Part shown: piece after piece, positions 11,755 through 24,344 of the stretch | How positions within the stretch are numbered: the stretch's first letter is position 1 | How the letters are laid out: each line of letters begins with the position of its first letter | Assembly: GCA_018398765.1 (NCBI GenBank) | Contig: JAHBMJ010000021.1 | Coordinates: 1 to 59,011, forward strand | DNA: 59,011 nucleotides | Reading direction: 5' to 3' | Origin: Chromera velia | Lineage: Eukaryota | Made by a program: the position numbers and the translations under genes | The notes under the pieces: generated by a model | What the model saw: the letters and a program-made list of their open reading frames with translations, nothing else | What the model was told of the DNA's origin: nothing | Database searches by the model: none

Positions 11755-12819
11755 TAGCTAAGTTCAGAGAGGTTAGGGCTGAAAGTGACTTAAAATGACT
11801 ATATAGAGTGAATATATACCGACTCGCATGCAGCGATGTGGCTATTAATAAAATATTAATAAATACTGAGACCCCCATGCAACCGATTACACATGTAGTG
11901 TCACAGATGTGATTAATTATTGAGGGTTTTGTAACTTTTTGTCAAAGATGGTTGCTTGTATGCAAACGCTATACAGTCTGAGGGACATGCCGCAGCCGCG
12001 CGGGCGCCGGGCCGCGTGTTCATGCATGCACAGGGCCACTTCAGGCGTTTCTCGTAGGCTGCTATATTGTAGATAGCTGCTAGGCTCGGGTATATCGGAG
12101 GTCCTTGCTGTCAGATGTGGTGACTGCGGCTCGGGAGCCATTTGAGGCTCACTAGTACGCAAGCGGGACTAGTCAGACCGATATAACGCAGATCGTTTTG
12201 CGATACGCTTATATATTTGGACGATTTGAACCGTAACCCCCCATGAGAAAGTCGTAGCTAACGCTACCACCGCGATCAACCCGTACGGACAGATCTAGTC
12301 TGCCGGATAGGTGAGTGGGGTGTATGTGTGGCTACCCACAACTAAGAAGGGGGAAAAGAGGTGGGAGGGAGGGCAAACAAAAAAGGATCTCGATTTAAGA
12401 ATCGAGTCCGTCGCGATGAGAGCGAGAGGTGGAGTTCTTGGCTAGTTAAGTACAACTTAACTGCTTTCTCCAGCTTTTGATCGAAGCAGTCAGTCGAGAG
12501 GTCGAATTTATTCCCGTCTCGCCACTTTTTGAAGCCGCGTCGGGATAAATTCGGGCCGGGCCGGTCCTTGGGCCCTAAGCCTACGGAATCGGCCGACTTG
12601 CTGAGCCTGACGAGGAACACCGGCTTTCGCACGCGGAGCCTGCTAACGCCAACTCAGAACACACAGTTATCGCAGATATCGGTTCCGACTGCATGAGCAG
12701 TATAGTGCCGCAATAGTGCCACATTCCGCTCTGAGTTCGTCTTTCGAACTGTAGAATTTGACTGAGCTGTCAGGCACGGTTGAGGGAGAGAGCAGTGAGG
12801 CGAAAAAGGCGTAGGGGAG

Positions 12820-14215
12820 ATGAGTGAGAGTCGTCCACTAACAGCGGAAGACGACCTGACGGGTCGATATCGTGATTACCTGGCGGATCAACGTCGCGAT
12901 TCCGCTAGGCAGTACGAGCTAGAGTACGAGGCGTTTCATAGAGCCCATTTACCCTCTTCCCTCCGTGAAAAAAAGACGAGCGACGCGGTGTCGAGATCTC
13001 TGCTTGATGAGGTTAAGCATGTCCTCTGTGGGAGCGAACTGCTTGGCATCCGCCTCTTTTGGAAATTTTCGTGCTTGTCAAGGAAACTTTTGGAGTTGAG
13101 AAATGATACAACTTCATTTGGTCTCGGGGGAGTTGTGACGTCTGCCTCCTTGACTCCTTTCTCTGAGAGAAAGGCTCTGCGATCACTCCTCTTTGACTGC
13201 ATAGACAATGCACGCACGCTGGCGCAGGTCTTTGCCCTTGAGGGAATCGAGGGCCTCTTCCCGGGGCTCCTCAGCCGTGCCATCAACGCAGGGGCCGCCT
13301 CGTGTATCCGTCTCCTATCCGAAAGAGGGGGTTCGGGGGCAAAGGGGCCCCTCCGTAATTGTTTCAGTCTGAGCGCTTCCTTCGCAGAGTTCCCATTCGA
13401 GAATTTTGTGAAGGACGTCCCCATTGAGAATCTCAGATCGATCCATGCTAGAGACGGGAGTCATCCACCCGAACTCATGGATCATTTCCGAGATGGTGCA
13501 TGATCATCTTGATGCCGATCAAAACAGACAGTATTTCCGTTTTCGCTACTGGAAGCCGCTGCTGAGTGTGCTCATCGACGCGGGCAACTTTTCCTGCGCC
13601 GACTTCCTTCTAGATCAGGGTGCAAGGGTTGACGTGTGTGAGTGGGGGGTGGACAGTGACGGCCTAGGTGACGGCGTCCCTGAGTCCGAGTTCTCCGAAC
13701 ATTGGAAGAATGGGTATCACTTCCCAGGCAAAACCCCTCTGCATTCACTGGTGTTGACACTAGGGTATGTGGGCATGAGGGGGTTGTTTGAGGAGACCGA
13801 CTCTGACGATGAGGGGGGGGGAGGGGAGGGTGAATCACAAACCAATGAGCAGGCTGAGGCTGAGCAGGATCCCCTCAGGCTGGAGGCAATTGCGGAAGTG
13901 CCTGCTGAGGGTCTGAACCTTTTGCGCCGTCTAGGGCAGTTGGCAGCTGAGCAGAAGTGTCTGCACTGGGGGGGGGAGGTGGACGAGCAAATTTTGGGGA
14001 TGCAATATGAAAGGCTTTGGGAGTACGGCTGTGAGACCCTCGACACCTCGGCTCTCGGAATTGCCTGAGGGTGTGTGCACCCGCAGGCAGGTGGTGCAGA
14101 CTCTCGTTTCCCTGAGTGCATTTGCACAGCCGGAAGGAGCCTCTGGCGCCAGGCAGGTCCGTGTGATGTGACTCATCGAACTCAGTAAAAAATTTCAATG
14201 CAAGGATCCGTCTGA
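12820..14215 (+). pseudogene. Ankyrin-repeat protein, frameshifted
   Basis: Overlapping ORFs 12820-13503 and 13424-14068, with ankyrin-like PLLSVLIDAGNFSCADFLLDQGARVD and GKTPLHSLV; stop at 14066-14068. Confidence 0.65.
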
Positions 14216-14319
14216 GTGAGTGAGTGAGTGAGTGAGGGAGGGAGGGAGGGAGGCAGTGAGGGATTGAGGGAGGGAGGGAGTGAGGGAGTGAGTGAGTGAG
14301 TGAGTGAGTGAGTGTGTGT

Positions 14320-14356
<37 letters not shown>

Positions 14357-14525
14357 TATGTGTGTGTGTGTGTGTGTGTGAGTGAGTGAGTGAGTGAGTG
14401 AGTGAGTATGTGTGTGTGTGAGTGAGTGAGTGAGTGAGTGAGTATGTGTGTGTGTGTGTGTGTGTGAGTGAGTGGGTATGTGTGTGTGTGTGTGTGTGTG
14501 AGTGAGTGAGTGAGTGAGTGAGTGA

Positions 14526-14566
<41 letters not shown>

Positions 14567-14569
14567 TGA

Positions 14570-14602
<33 letters not shown>
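14212..14602. repeat. Compound (TGAG)n/(TG)n/(AG)n microsatellite, probably intronic
   Basis: Direct reading; begins with a GTGAGT donor-like motif. Confidence 0.9.
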
Positions 14603-14925
14603 GATCTGAGTCTGTTTTTCTTTCTGCATACTTACATGCCTGTCTTCTTTTCGATCAGCCTTTCTGTCTCTCTTTCTCTCTCTCGCCCTTTCCTTCTCCC
14701 CTGGTTTCGTTCCTTCTTTATCCCTCGTGTACATCAAGAGAAGAAAAGAGAGACAGATCGAGAAAAAGAAAGAAACGTGTAGTCCGTCTGTACGTCACAG
14801 ACTCTCTCTCTCTATTCGACAGCCCGTCTGGCTGGCTATTTGTTAAAGAGTCGGCGTGTCAGTTATTCATTCCGTCGGGCCCGGCCCGTCTCTTTGTCTC
14901 TCTATTTCTGTACCCACCAAATTGA

Positions 14926-16286
14926 ATGATGCTCGACATTAATTCGTTTCGATCGCAGGTCCGGCGTGACATGAGCAGATCGATTCAAACCATGATCCGC
15001 TCTCTGGATGGAAAAAGAAGGCGTGGTGCTGGCACGCTGTGCATCCTCGCAGACGAGGATGGTCACTGTGCGCTGACCAAAGCGTGCCTCTGCAGTGCCT
15101 CCAGGGTGGTCGAGTTTCTCCGACAGAGGGGGGTATCTCTGTCGAGAAACGAGCAGACACTCAAAACCCCCCTGCTGCAGTGTCTGGATGGACCGTCTGC
15201 CGATTACCCTCTCGCGAGGTCCTTCCTGGAATGTGGGACAGACCCCAACGAAGCAGGCCTGATTTTCCGCCGCGACTGGTCATATCACGGTGACTTAGTT
15301 CTCGTCACCCCACTGCAACAGGTGGTTTCCGAAATGGACCCTCAACTCGATATACATTGGCCCCCCGACGAACCACCCACAGATCATCCCATTCCAGACA
15401 TGCTGAAGGCCCTCATCAACAAAGGGGCCCGATGCTTCCACAGTGCACGTCATGCGGCTGCAGCAGGGGGCACGGATCGGATTCCTGTTGCTGCCGAATC
15501 CTCTAGTGAGGGAGACGGGGGTGGGGTGCGGCGGCAGTCTGAGAGTCCAGACGGATTCCGAATGGCGGTGAGTGAAGGTGACAGTCATGTTTTCTCCCGT
15601 ACCTGTGCTGTCTCACCTATCGTGGCGGTTTGCAAGAAAGTCCATCCGTCTCTGGCTTCCGAACCTCTTCAGCTCCTTTTAGAGAAAGCGGGGGCTAATC
15701 CGAACCTTCCCGGCAACAGCAGCCTGAACAGGGAGCCCCTTTTGCCTCTTGAAGCGGCATTGAGCCGTCTCACCGATATGCGCGCACGCAACCCTTCTTT
15801 TGGTTCTGCAGCCTGGTCGCTGATTGAAACACTCGTGGTAGCTGGGACTGACCTGAACAAAATCCCCTCCACCCCTTTCCCTCACGCTGGCGACCCGCTT
15901 TTCTACTATGCCCCCGAATGGCTTTGCTGTGCCCTCTCGATTCCAGAGGCCCGTGGGCCCCTACTGGAACGACTCATTCGGCGTTGCTCTGCTGAATTTT
16001 TGAGCAGGGCAGTAAGGTTGATTTGAAGTATGGACGGCTTGACTGTCCTCATCGTGGGGGGCTGACGCCTCTCGGGGCAGCCCTTCAGTCTGGGTATGTG
16101 GAGGGCGTGAGGGTTTTGGTGGAATGCGGGGCGGATGTGTCTGTGCCCACCTGTTTTCGAACAGATCCCTCAGATAGGCGTGAACCTCCTCTTTTCTGGG
16201 CTTCCTTGTCCGGTCAGACGGCCACAGTCCCATTCCTCCGAGCCGTAGGGGACGCCGGATCTGCACCCCCTGCAGTGACCGACTAA
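14926..16286 (+). pseudogene. Ankyrin-repeat protein with a frameshift near 16020; may be exon 2 of the 12820 gene
   Basis: Repeats DEDGHCALTKAC...VVEFLRQRG, KTPLLQC...FLECGTDPN, LLLEKAGANPN and, in the next frame, GLTPLGAALQSGYVEGVRVLVECGADV. Confidence 0.75.
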
Positions 16287-17138
16287 TCCATCGATCATAC
16301 ACATGCATCTATGCCAAACCATAAAAGTACAACCATGGAACCAAGCATGTTGAACATGGATTTGTGTATCCGAAAAACGTGTCTCCTTAAATTTAATTGG
16401 TTGTCTTAGAATATGCAACTTGAAGTCCGTATCTGGGGTATGCATCTATCCCAGCCCCTCCGATGCCCCTCCCTCCCTCAACAAGAAAAATACATATTTT
16501 TTTTTAATTACCTTTTTTCTTAAATGATGCGCTAATAAATAAATCCTAGGTACTACTAGGTTAAACTACTAGGTTTGTCATTTTCGTGAACTAGCATGAA
16601 CTGGATCGATCGTGAAAGTTTTCCCACTCAAAAACAAACTTAAAAAAAGGTTTAAATCAAAGCATAAAACGCATATAAGGCTAGATGATTAGCCTAGATC
16701 TAGGGCTAGATGACCCAAAAAATGAAAAAAGGCACTGGGAGGTTTATAAGATCTATAACTTCATCTCAAGATGTTTTATGGAAGTCATTGGAAGAGTCCC
16801 TGGCCCTAGAAGACATCGTCATTCCGGGCCCGGGAATCTGGAGGTATTGGACCATTTAATTAATGACCAACTTGAAGTTAATTAAACTTCTTTTTTATAG
16901 CTAGTTTCCTAGCTTTTGGCCTGTTATTCTTCCTCTTTATTTTGTTTTTCTATATAATTTTTTTTGCTAAAAACTGTATGTATTACTCGATCGACTTTAT
17001 ACTTGCTAGTATACTTGCAATAGAAACTCGATCATATCTCATCCAAATTAAGAAACTAATAATTATCGGTGAAAGCCGATACCTGGCAGTGGACTGCGGG
17101 CATCTTCCGGAATATAAAATCCTATCCGGCGGAATCCG

Positions 17139-17171
<33 letters not shown>

Positions 17172-18061
17172 TAAGGACGAGAAAAGGTGCATAGGTGTAA
17201 GGTGCAAGGTGCTTTAGACGAATACACCTGAATTCAGGTGTATTTCAGGTGCATTCATCAGGTGTATTGTTTTTACTATAAAAACTTAAATTAAAGAGCC
17301 GTTGCCTAGGGTTTCTAGCCATTAAAAGGGGCCTAATTCAATGCCTAAACACTCTTTCTGATATAGCATAGCTGCACAAGCTTTTACTATAAGAATTTGA
17401 TTGAAAAACATATAAAAAGTTGATAAAAACCGATAGCAAGTCTCGTTTTTGAATTAGGAAAACGATCCTTTGAACTGGATTCAACTACACTGCAGTATTT
17501 CACTTCTTATAAAGGCATTCTCATGTCATTCATCAATAAATTAAAAAATAGCAAAAGCATTCCAACGATGGGGAATCTTCTCAATTTTGTAGAGACAGGT
17601 CCGAGAAACGAGCTAATCGGTGCTGTCCGAAGCATGAAACACATGTCAATACCTGAGCAAAGAATAAAAGAGGTGTAGTCATATGCTGTTAACTTAGTAG
17701 AGAAAGATAAAGGAACAGTTATGTTATACTGGTCAACTGCAAGTGCTGCATACATGGTTTTTATTTATCAGATAATATGGATCTGCATGCATGCATACGC
17801 ATGCATCTTTGCATGCGAGACTGGCGGCGCACAAGAGAGATAACGCCCCAGCGCTGGAGGCGCCGCACGGGCGCCGCGGCAGTGAAGGGCCCTGTCAGCT
17901 GCTGCATGCATCTTCACCTAGATATTCGACTCTTAAAACAATCTCTTTGCTCCACATAATGCACCTATCAGGTGCATTCAGGTGCATAGGTGCAAATCAG
18001 GTGCATCAGGTGCATTTTTTGAGAATGCACCTTTTCTGGAATGCACCTTTTCCCGTCTTTA
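17172..18061. mobile_element. hAT-like MITE inserted in an (AATC)n microsatellite
   Basis: TIR TAAGGACGAGAAAAGGTGCAT vs TAAAGACGGGAAAAGGTGCAT (rc). Subterminal AGGTGCA repeats. Flanks CAATCAAT / TAATCAAT within (AATC)n runs. Confidence 0.8.
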
Positions 18062-18062
18062 T

Positions 18063-18105
<43 letters not shown>

Positions 18106-19116
18106 AATCCTTTTTTCGTTTTTAAGTAGGAAAACGTTCACAATCACGAAAAGGATGAAGGAGGACAAAAGCATGTCTGCCATGTCAAAGCAGGTCGAGG
18201 AATGAACGGGGTCAGGGACAACATATATAGAACAGCAACCATATTAAATTTAAAACATTATTAGTAATTAATTTGTTATGCATGTATATATACCTAGCCA
18301 GACGGCCAGTGACATCTATAATTTTTTTTTTTCATACAGGCTAGCATTATTACAGGTTAAAATTTGAATATGTCACATTATATGTGTTTTATTCTAGTCT
18401 ATATTCATGCTGCGAATCATGCAACGTTGAAGGCGTCTAGTCTAATAGAGAGTGAATTCAAGTTATTAATTGAATGATGCTGAAAATCTAAGTATGATCC
18501 GATAAGTATTACATTTTTAAACATTTTCCTTCGAGTTGCACTGTCTTCTGTTTGACTTCTGATCGGAGCAAAGTCCCTAGCAAACTCCAATACGTGAAAA
18601 CCAGTTCATACTTTGAAAACAAAAAAGCTGGTCATTTTCAAGGTCCCTCAGAATCACTCAGAGTAATTAACAATGAAGTGTCTGGTTGGAAAGCATGGTT
18701 TCATCAAACAATGAATCAAACATACATGGCAGCCATCACGTTCATCATTCTTCTGATTTACTGCATGCGAAGCTATCCTCTACTCCCGCTGTTTCTGTCT
18801 TCTACTCCAAAAAAATACGAACGCAAGTGTCTGTGCGGGAAAGCAATTGCCACAACAAGAGGCAGACAACTTCCCTTCTCAACTCCCTTCTGCCTTTCAA
18901 ACAAAATTTCGGAGACTGCAGGAACAGGTCCGCCTTTTCACCTGAATTCACAAAAATGCGATCCGTGCGCAACTGCAACTGCTCTAATTAATGCGCTTCT
19001 TTCAAGCACAAAACCCATTAAGGTATAATCACTTCAATTACCAGCGAAGCAAGCACAGAAGAGAAGGCAGGAGCGACAAGAGAAACACACGTCTCAGTCA
19101 TTGTGCGGTAAAACTT

Positions 19117-19898
19117 TTAATTCTTTTCCGCTTTCTTCTTCCGCAACTCCTCCAGATACTTTTTGTTCACCGCCTCGATATCGGCTTCCCCCATCTGCTG
19201 ATATCTGTACGCAGCAGGAAGAGAAAAGGAATAAAAGGAGGCAAGATGAATCGTTCTCTCTCGATCATTCCACCTCTCTGCATTTTTCCCGCGAAGCATC
19301 CTTGCAGAAAGACAAAAGGATAAAAGGAAGACATGATGAAAGGGGAGGAAAGAGAGAAGAGCGAAGAAGGTGAAAGGGGAGAAACATGAGAGGGGACCAA
19401 AAGCAAAGCCCACTGTTCCCTCCCTCCCTTCCTCACCGTTCGAACTCCATTGAGAACTCCCCCTGTCCCTGTGTGGCCCCTCTCAGATCAGAAATGTACC
19501 CGAACATGTCCTTCAAGGGAACCTCCGCCTCCACCACGGACTGCTCCCCCGAGTCGGTGATGTTGATCACCATCCCCTTCCTCTTGTTAATCGTCGACAG
19601 CCCGCTCTGCTTGTGCTCTGTTGGAAGCATCACCTCCACCTTCATGATGGGCTCCAATATCGTCGGCATCGCGTCCAGGTAGAAGTTCCTGCAGGCAGAC
19701 AGGCAGGCGGACAGGCAGGGACATACAGAAACGGGGAGACATGCTCGTTTTTCCTCTAAATAAAGGTGTTCCACGATAAAGGAGTGTCCTCCAGAACCGA
19801 ATTAGCTGTTTCGACCAGTGTGTTCGTACAGGCTACAGGCATCCAAGAGGAAGAGACATAGACACACATAGGGACAGATAGACGTGCAAATAGATGAA

Positions 19899-19933
<35 letters not shown>

Positions 19934-20838
19934 TGAAGGGGAGAGGACACAGAAAGAAAGCAGGACCAACTTGAAAGCCCCATTTGCGCACAAACGGAAT
20001 GCATAGTCTGAGGAGTCGACTTCATGACTCTGTCCATCAGACACAACCACCTGCAAAAAGAAAACGATAACAGGCGCACAATGAGGAATCCCCTACAGAC
20101 AAGCAGCTAAGGACAGAAAGAGCCAACAGCGGAGAACAGATACGAAGAACATGGTGCAGAAGAGCACACTGCGAAAGGTAAAAGAGTAAAAAGTGATACG
20201 GCAAGCCGAGGAGATGCGGAGAATACAATTGAAATACTCTTTCGCTCTCTTTCTTCTTTGAAGGCGCCATATCATCCAAACCTAGCACAGTTGAGGCTTC
20301 CGAGGTACCTCCCCACACAGAGAGTCACAAACAAAGAAAACTGCACGCAGACAGACCTTCATGTTGATCACCGGAGACCCCGACAGATGCCCCTTGGTGC
20401 AGCACTCCTTGAAGCCCTTCTCGATCGAGGGGTAGTAGTTGGGGGGGATGGGGTTGCCCACCTGCACAACCACACGAAGACCAATACAGACACAGCCGGC
20501 AAAAAAAGGTGTCCCTTTCGGTCTCACTATCCGCGTGTCCCGTTCATGTTCTGGAAACTCTGTCAAACTCATACTTGTCAAACTCTCCGCATGGTTCGGA
20601 GTCTTTTTCAGAGGTTCTGAACCTTTTCGAAGACCCAGGCGGGTTCAGGGAGCCGAAGCAGAGGCAAGCAGATCACTGGATAGAGAACGCCATCCCAAAC
20701 AAATCACCACTTCAGAGACTCAATTCCGAAGAATTTCGGTTCCTATCTTGCCCACAACTTCCCTGGAGGGATCCATAAAGCACATCAAACCAAAGAAGGG
20801 ACCAAAGATTGGTTGCTCCACTGGACAAAAGAAGGACC

Positions 20839-20869
<31 letters not shown>

Positions 20870-23800
20870 TAACGATTTGATTGGAGAAAGTGATGCCGTC
20901 CTGTTGTCCGAATTCTTCCATGGGAAGAGGCTCGAAGAAGCCTTGCAATTTTGCGTACTGCCCTCTTCCCCCGCTCTGCCTCTTGTGAGTGTAGTCAAAC
21001 CTCACTTGCTGCGTGATGGTCTCTCTGAATGCCACCTTCGGCTCTCCCGTCACTGCCTCCACCCCGTACTCTCTCTTCATCCTCTCTACGTAGACGCCCA
21101 GGTGCAGCTCTCCCATCCCGGCAATGATGTGCTCCTTCGACTCCTCGTCTACAAAATACTGCATGAGAGAGGAGGGAGTGTGAAGAGAGGTCAACGATTT
21201 TGGTAGGGACAAATGCACGTGGGAACCCCCACAGAAGTCCCGCAGAAACAGTAAGGATTCTCAGAAAAGGACGGAGACAAAAGTGAATGGAACAAAAAGA
21301 AATGAAAGGCGCGCCCGTTAAGCAGGAAGTTGGTTGCTCGAAAAGGATACCCTTCATCACGTTACTCCTTGAGATCCCCCTTTCCCGCCTTCATTTCGTT
21401 CCACCCCGTCCCTGCCTGCCTGCCTGCCTGCCTGGCTGTCTCCTGACCTTGAAAGTCGGGTCTTCCCTCATGAACCTCTTCACGGCCTTCACGAACTTCC
21501 CCACCTCCGCGTTCTTCGGGACGTCTATCGATAGAGACACGACTGGCTCGGGCACAAACATGGACTCCAGAGAGACGTTCGACCGCCCGTCTGTGAACGT
21601 TGTGCCTGAAGGCAGGCAGAGGGGGAGGATAGATAAATAAATGAGGGTAGGTTAGGGGGAGATCTGCGGATACTTCTTTATGGCCGGCAAGAAGGCGTAA
21701 CCACCGCATTTGTGCCTGGCCAGCGGACAAGCGCGAAAGTGGAACGCGACTTCACAATGAATGCCTTAGCACAACCCTCCCTCTCCCCCGTCCGTCTAGC
21801 TCGCTCACCTGAGGCGCATTCTATGCCCCCCACCGCAACGATCTCTCCCGCCCTCCCCGCCTCCGTCTCTCTGGCTTCGTCCGCGTGCATCTTCAGCACC
21901 TGCACTCACAAATCATAATTTAATTCGAAGCCAACTGATGGACAGCTTTCGGAATGGCGAGAGAATTTGAGGTAAGCTCAGAGACTGGAGAGGACTGCAA
22001 GAGAGTCGGTAGAAGGAGAAGAAAGAATAATTGATCGACAGAGATCGGAGAGAGAACAGAGGGCAGCAAAGCACCTGAGGGGCGAAAGAGACAGGCCACG
22101 TAAACAGAAGACAAGACACGAAAAGGGAACAGAGGCAGCTAGAGGAGGAGCCTCAGGGACCTTCGCCCCCCCCTTTTCACTCACTCTCGTATATCCCTTT
22201 GTTCCTTCCTTCCTGACCTGTTTCACCTGCACCTTCTTGTTCAACGTCATGTCGATTAGCCCCATTCCCTTTCGCATGGTGCCCTGCAAATGTGTGTGTG
22301 CATAAGAGGGAAGGAAGAAATGGACGGGGGAGGACACAGAAAGCCGTCTTGTTGTCAAGCGACACACGTGCACACAACCTCAGGGGGCAGATAGACGATG
22401 AAATGAGAAAACATTGAGTGAAGGCCCTCCCTTCCCCTCTTCTCTTGGAAGTCAACGACGACAGCCCACAGCTCAATGGGAAGAAAGAGGGGAAGACAAC
22501 ATTATGACAAATAATGAACCTGTCGGCCGATTGCCTGAAAGCGAAAATCACGGAATGCGCCAACCTGATAGACACGGAAGTAAGTCAACTGCCCAAATCC
22601 TGGTACTTCTTGAATTTTGAAGGCGAGGGCAACGAGAGGGTCCCTCGGATTGGAGCTCAGGACAATCTGCACACACACACGCAATTGCATCCAGGTACTG
22701 ATGTGACAGGATAAAGAAAAAGGAAACCAAAAACCCTCACATCGGGATCGACCAGAGGAAAAACCAGTTCATCGGTTTGCGCATCCACGGGGGAAAAAGG
22801 GAGGTTGGGTTTGATCCTGGTTTTGTAAGGGGGGGCATGGGCAGTCACATGTACGAGATTGAAGAAGTAAACTCAGCGTCACTTTTCTTTCTTTCTTTCT
22901 TTCCCTCGTCAACTATGCAGCGGAATCTATCTGGTCCCTTTCCGCCTGAAGGCCCCTCTTTCTTCATTCATTCTCTCTTTTCGTTCCGATGAGCGACATG
23001 TGAAATTCCTTTCCCACTCCACGAAAACAAGCAAGGCACTCACCTCTTCCTCCTCCCCCTTCGCCAGATCGAGCGCCTTATTCTCGACCTCTGCAGGAGA
23101 CGGCAAGTACCTGCAAGCAACGATCCAAGCAGTGATTTCACATCCTCTTGCACTCCTCTTTAAGTCCATCCGCAACATGCCGTGCGTCGGCATTTTTGCT
23201 GACCCATCCATGTAGCTCTTCAAATGTCTTCCCATAAGAGCAGCCATCAAAGATCCCTCCCTCCCTTCTCTTCAGCCAGTTTCCCTTGCCCGCTCTTCTT
23301 CCCTTACCCGCTTCCTATGCGAACGAAGAGAAAATGCAACTTTCTGCACCCACACAATCAACAACAAAGACGACTTCCTGCTTTGATGTCTCCACGATTG
23401 CGCAAAACATCGACGGACACGGCAGGCAGGAAGGCAGGCAGGCAGGAAATTCCCCCCCATAGAGGGGAAGACCCAGCAAGGAGAAAGAAACAAACTTCTC
23501 CTTCCCAACGCCGACTTCAACAGTCGCCTCGGGGGGCAGCTCAGCTCTGCTGAGATCAGCCGAGAGGCCCTGAGATCGCACGCACTCGCATAACGCATTT
23601 TTTCATTTTTTGGGGGGGGGGTTTGGTTCTGTCTCCGTCATGGTCGGTCGGTGTCGCCCAAATTCCAAAATTTGCCCCTCAAGCAACTCGCACGGAGCCG
23701 CGATCGCGCGATATTTGGTTCGCACGATACGTGCCCCTCAAGTAACTCGCACAGAGCTGCATGTGTGAACACGCGCGCGGTCCCGAAAAGCATATTTCGC

Positions 23801-23943
23801 GCGCGTTGCCGTGGCCCCCGCCACTCGTCCGAGCACGCAAGACATGCCAAAGCCCCTGATGGTGTGCATCGATTAAATTGGCCCACCCCCTGAGTGGCCC
23901 CCCGAGGCACTCACCCAACAGGTTGGGTGTATCCCGTTACACA

Positions 23944-23998
<55 letters not shown>

Positions 23999-24309
23999 AG
24001 AGAGAGAGAGAGGGTAGAGAAGCCCACCCACCTGCAGACTGCATCCAGGAGGTTCTGGACGCCTTCGTTCTTCTGTGCAGACCCCATCAACATCGGCACC
24101 AGGTTGTGTGCCAACGTTTGTCTCCTGATGGCTGCATCCACTGCCTCAACGCTGACCTCATCCTCCAACTCTAAAAAGGTCTCTGCGAATTCGTCGTCCA
24201 AGTCCGCCAGGAGTTCAAGGAGAGAGGCACGGACCTTCGCCACCTGCAAAAACAAAACGAAGAACAAGTCACAGAGAGACATGAAGAGACTGACAGAGAG
24301 AATGTGCGT

Positions 24310-24344
<35 letters not shown>

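Noticed and set aside
12342..12632. 96-aa minus-strand ORF upstream of the ankyrin gene
   Set aside because: It has a non-ATG start and no motif; more likely promoter/UTR sequence.
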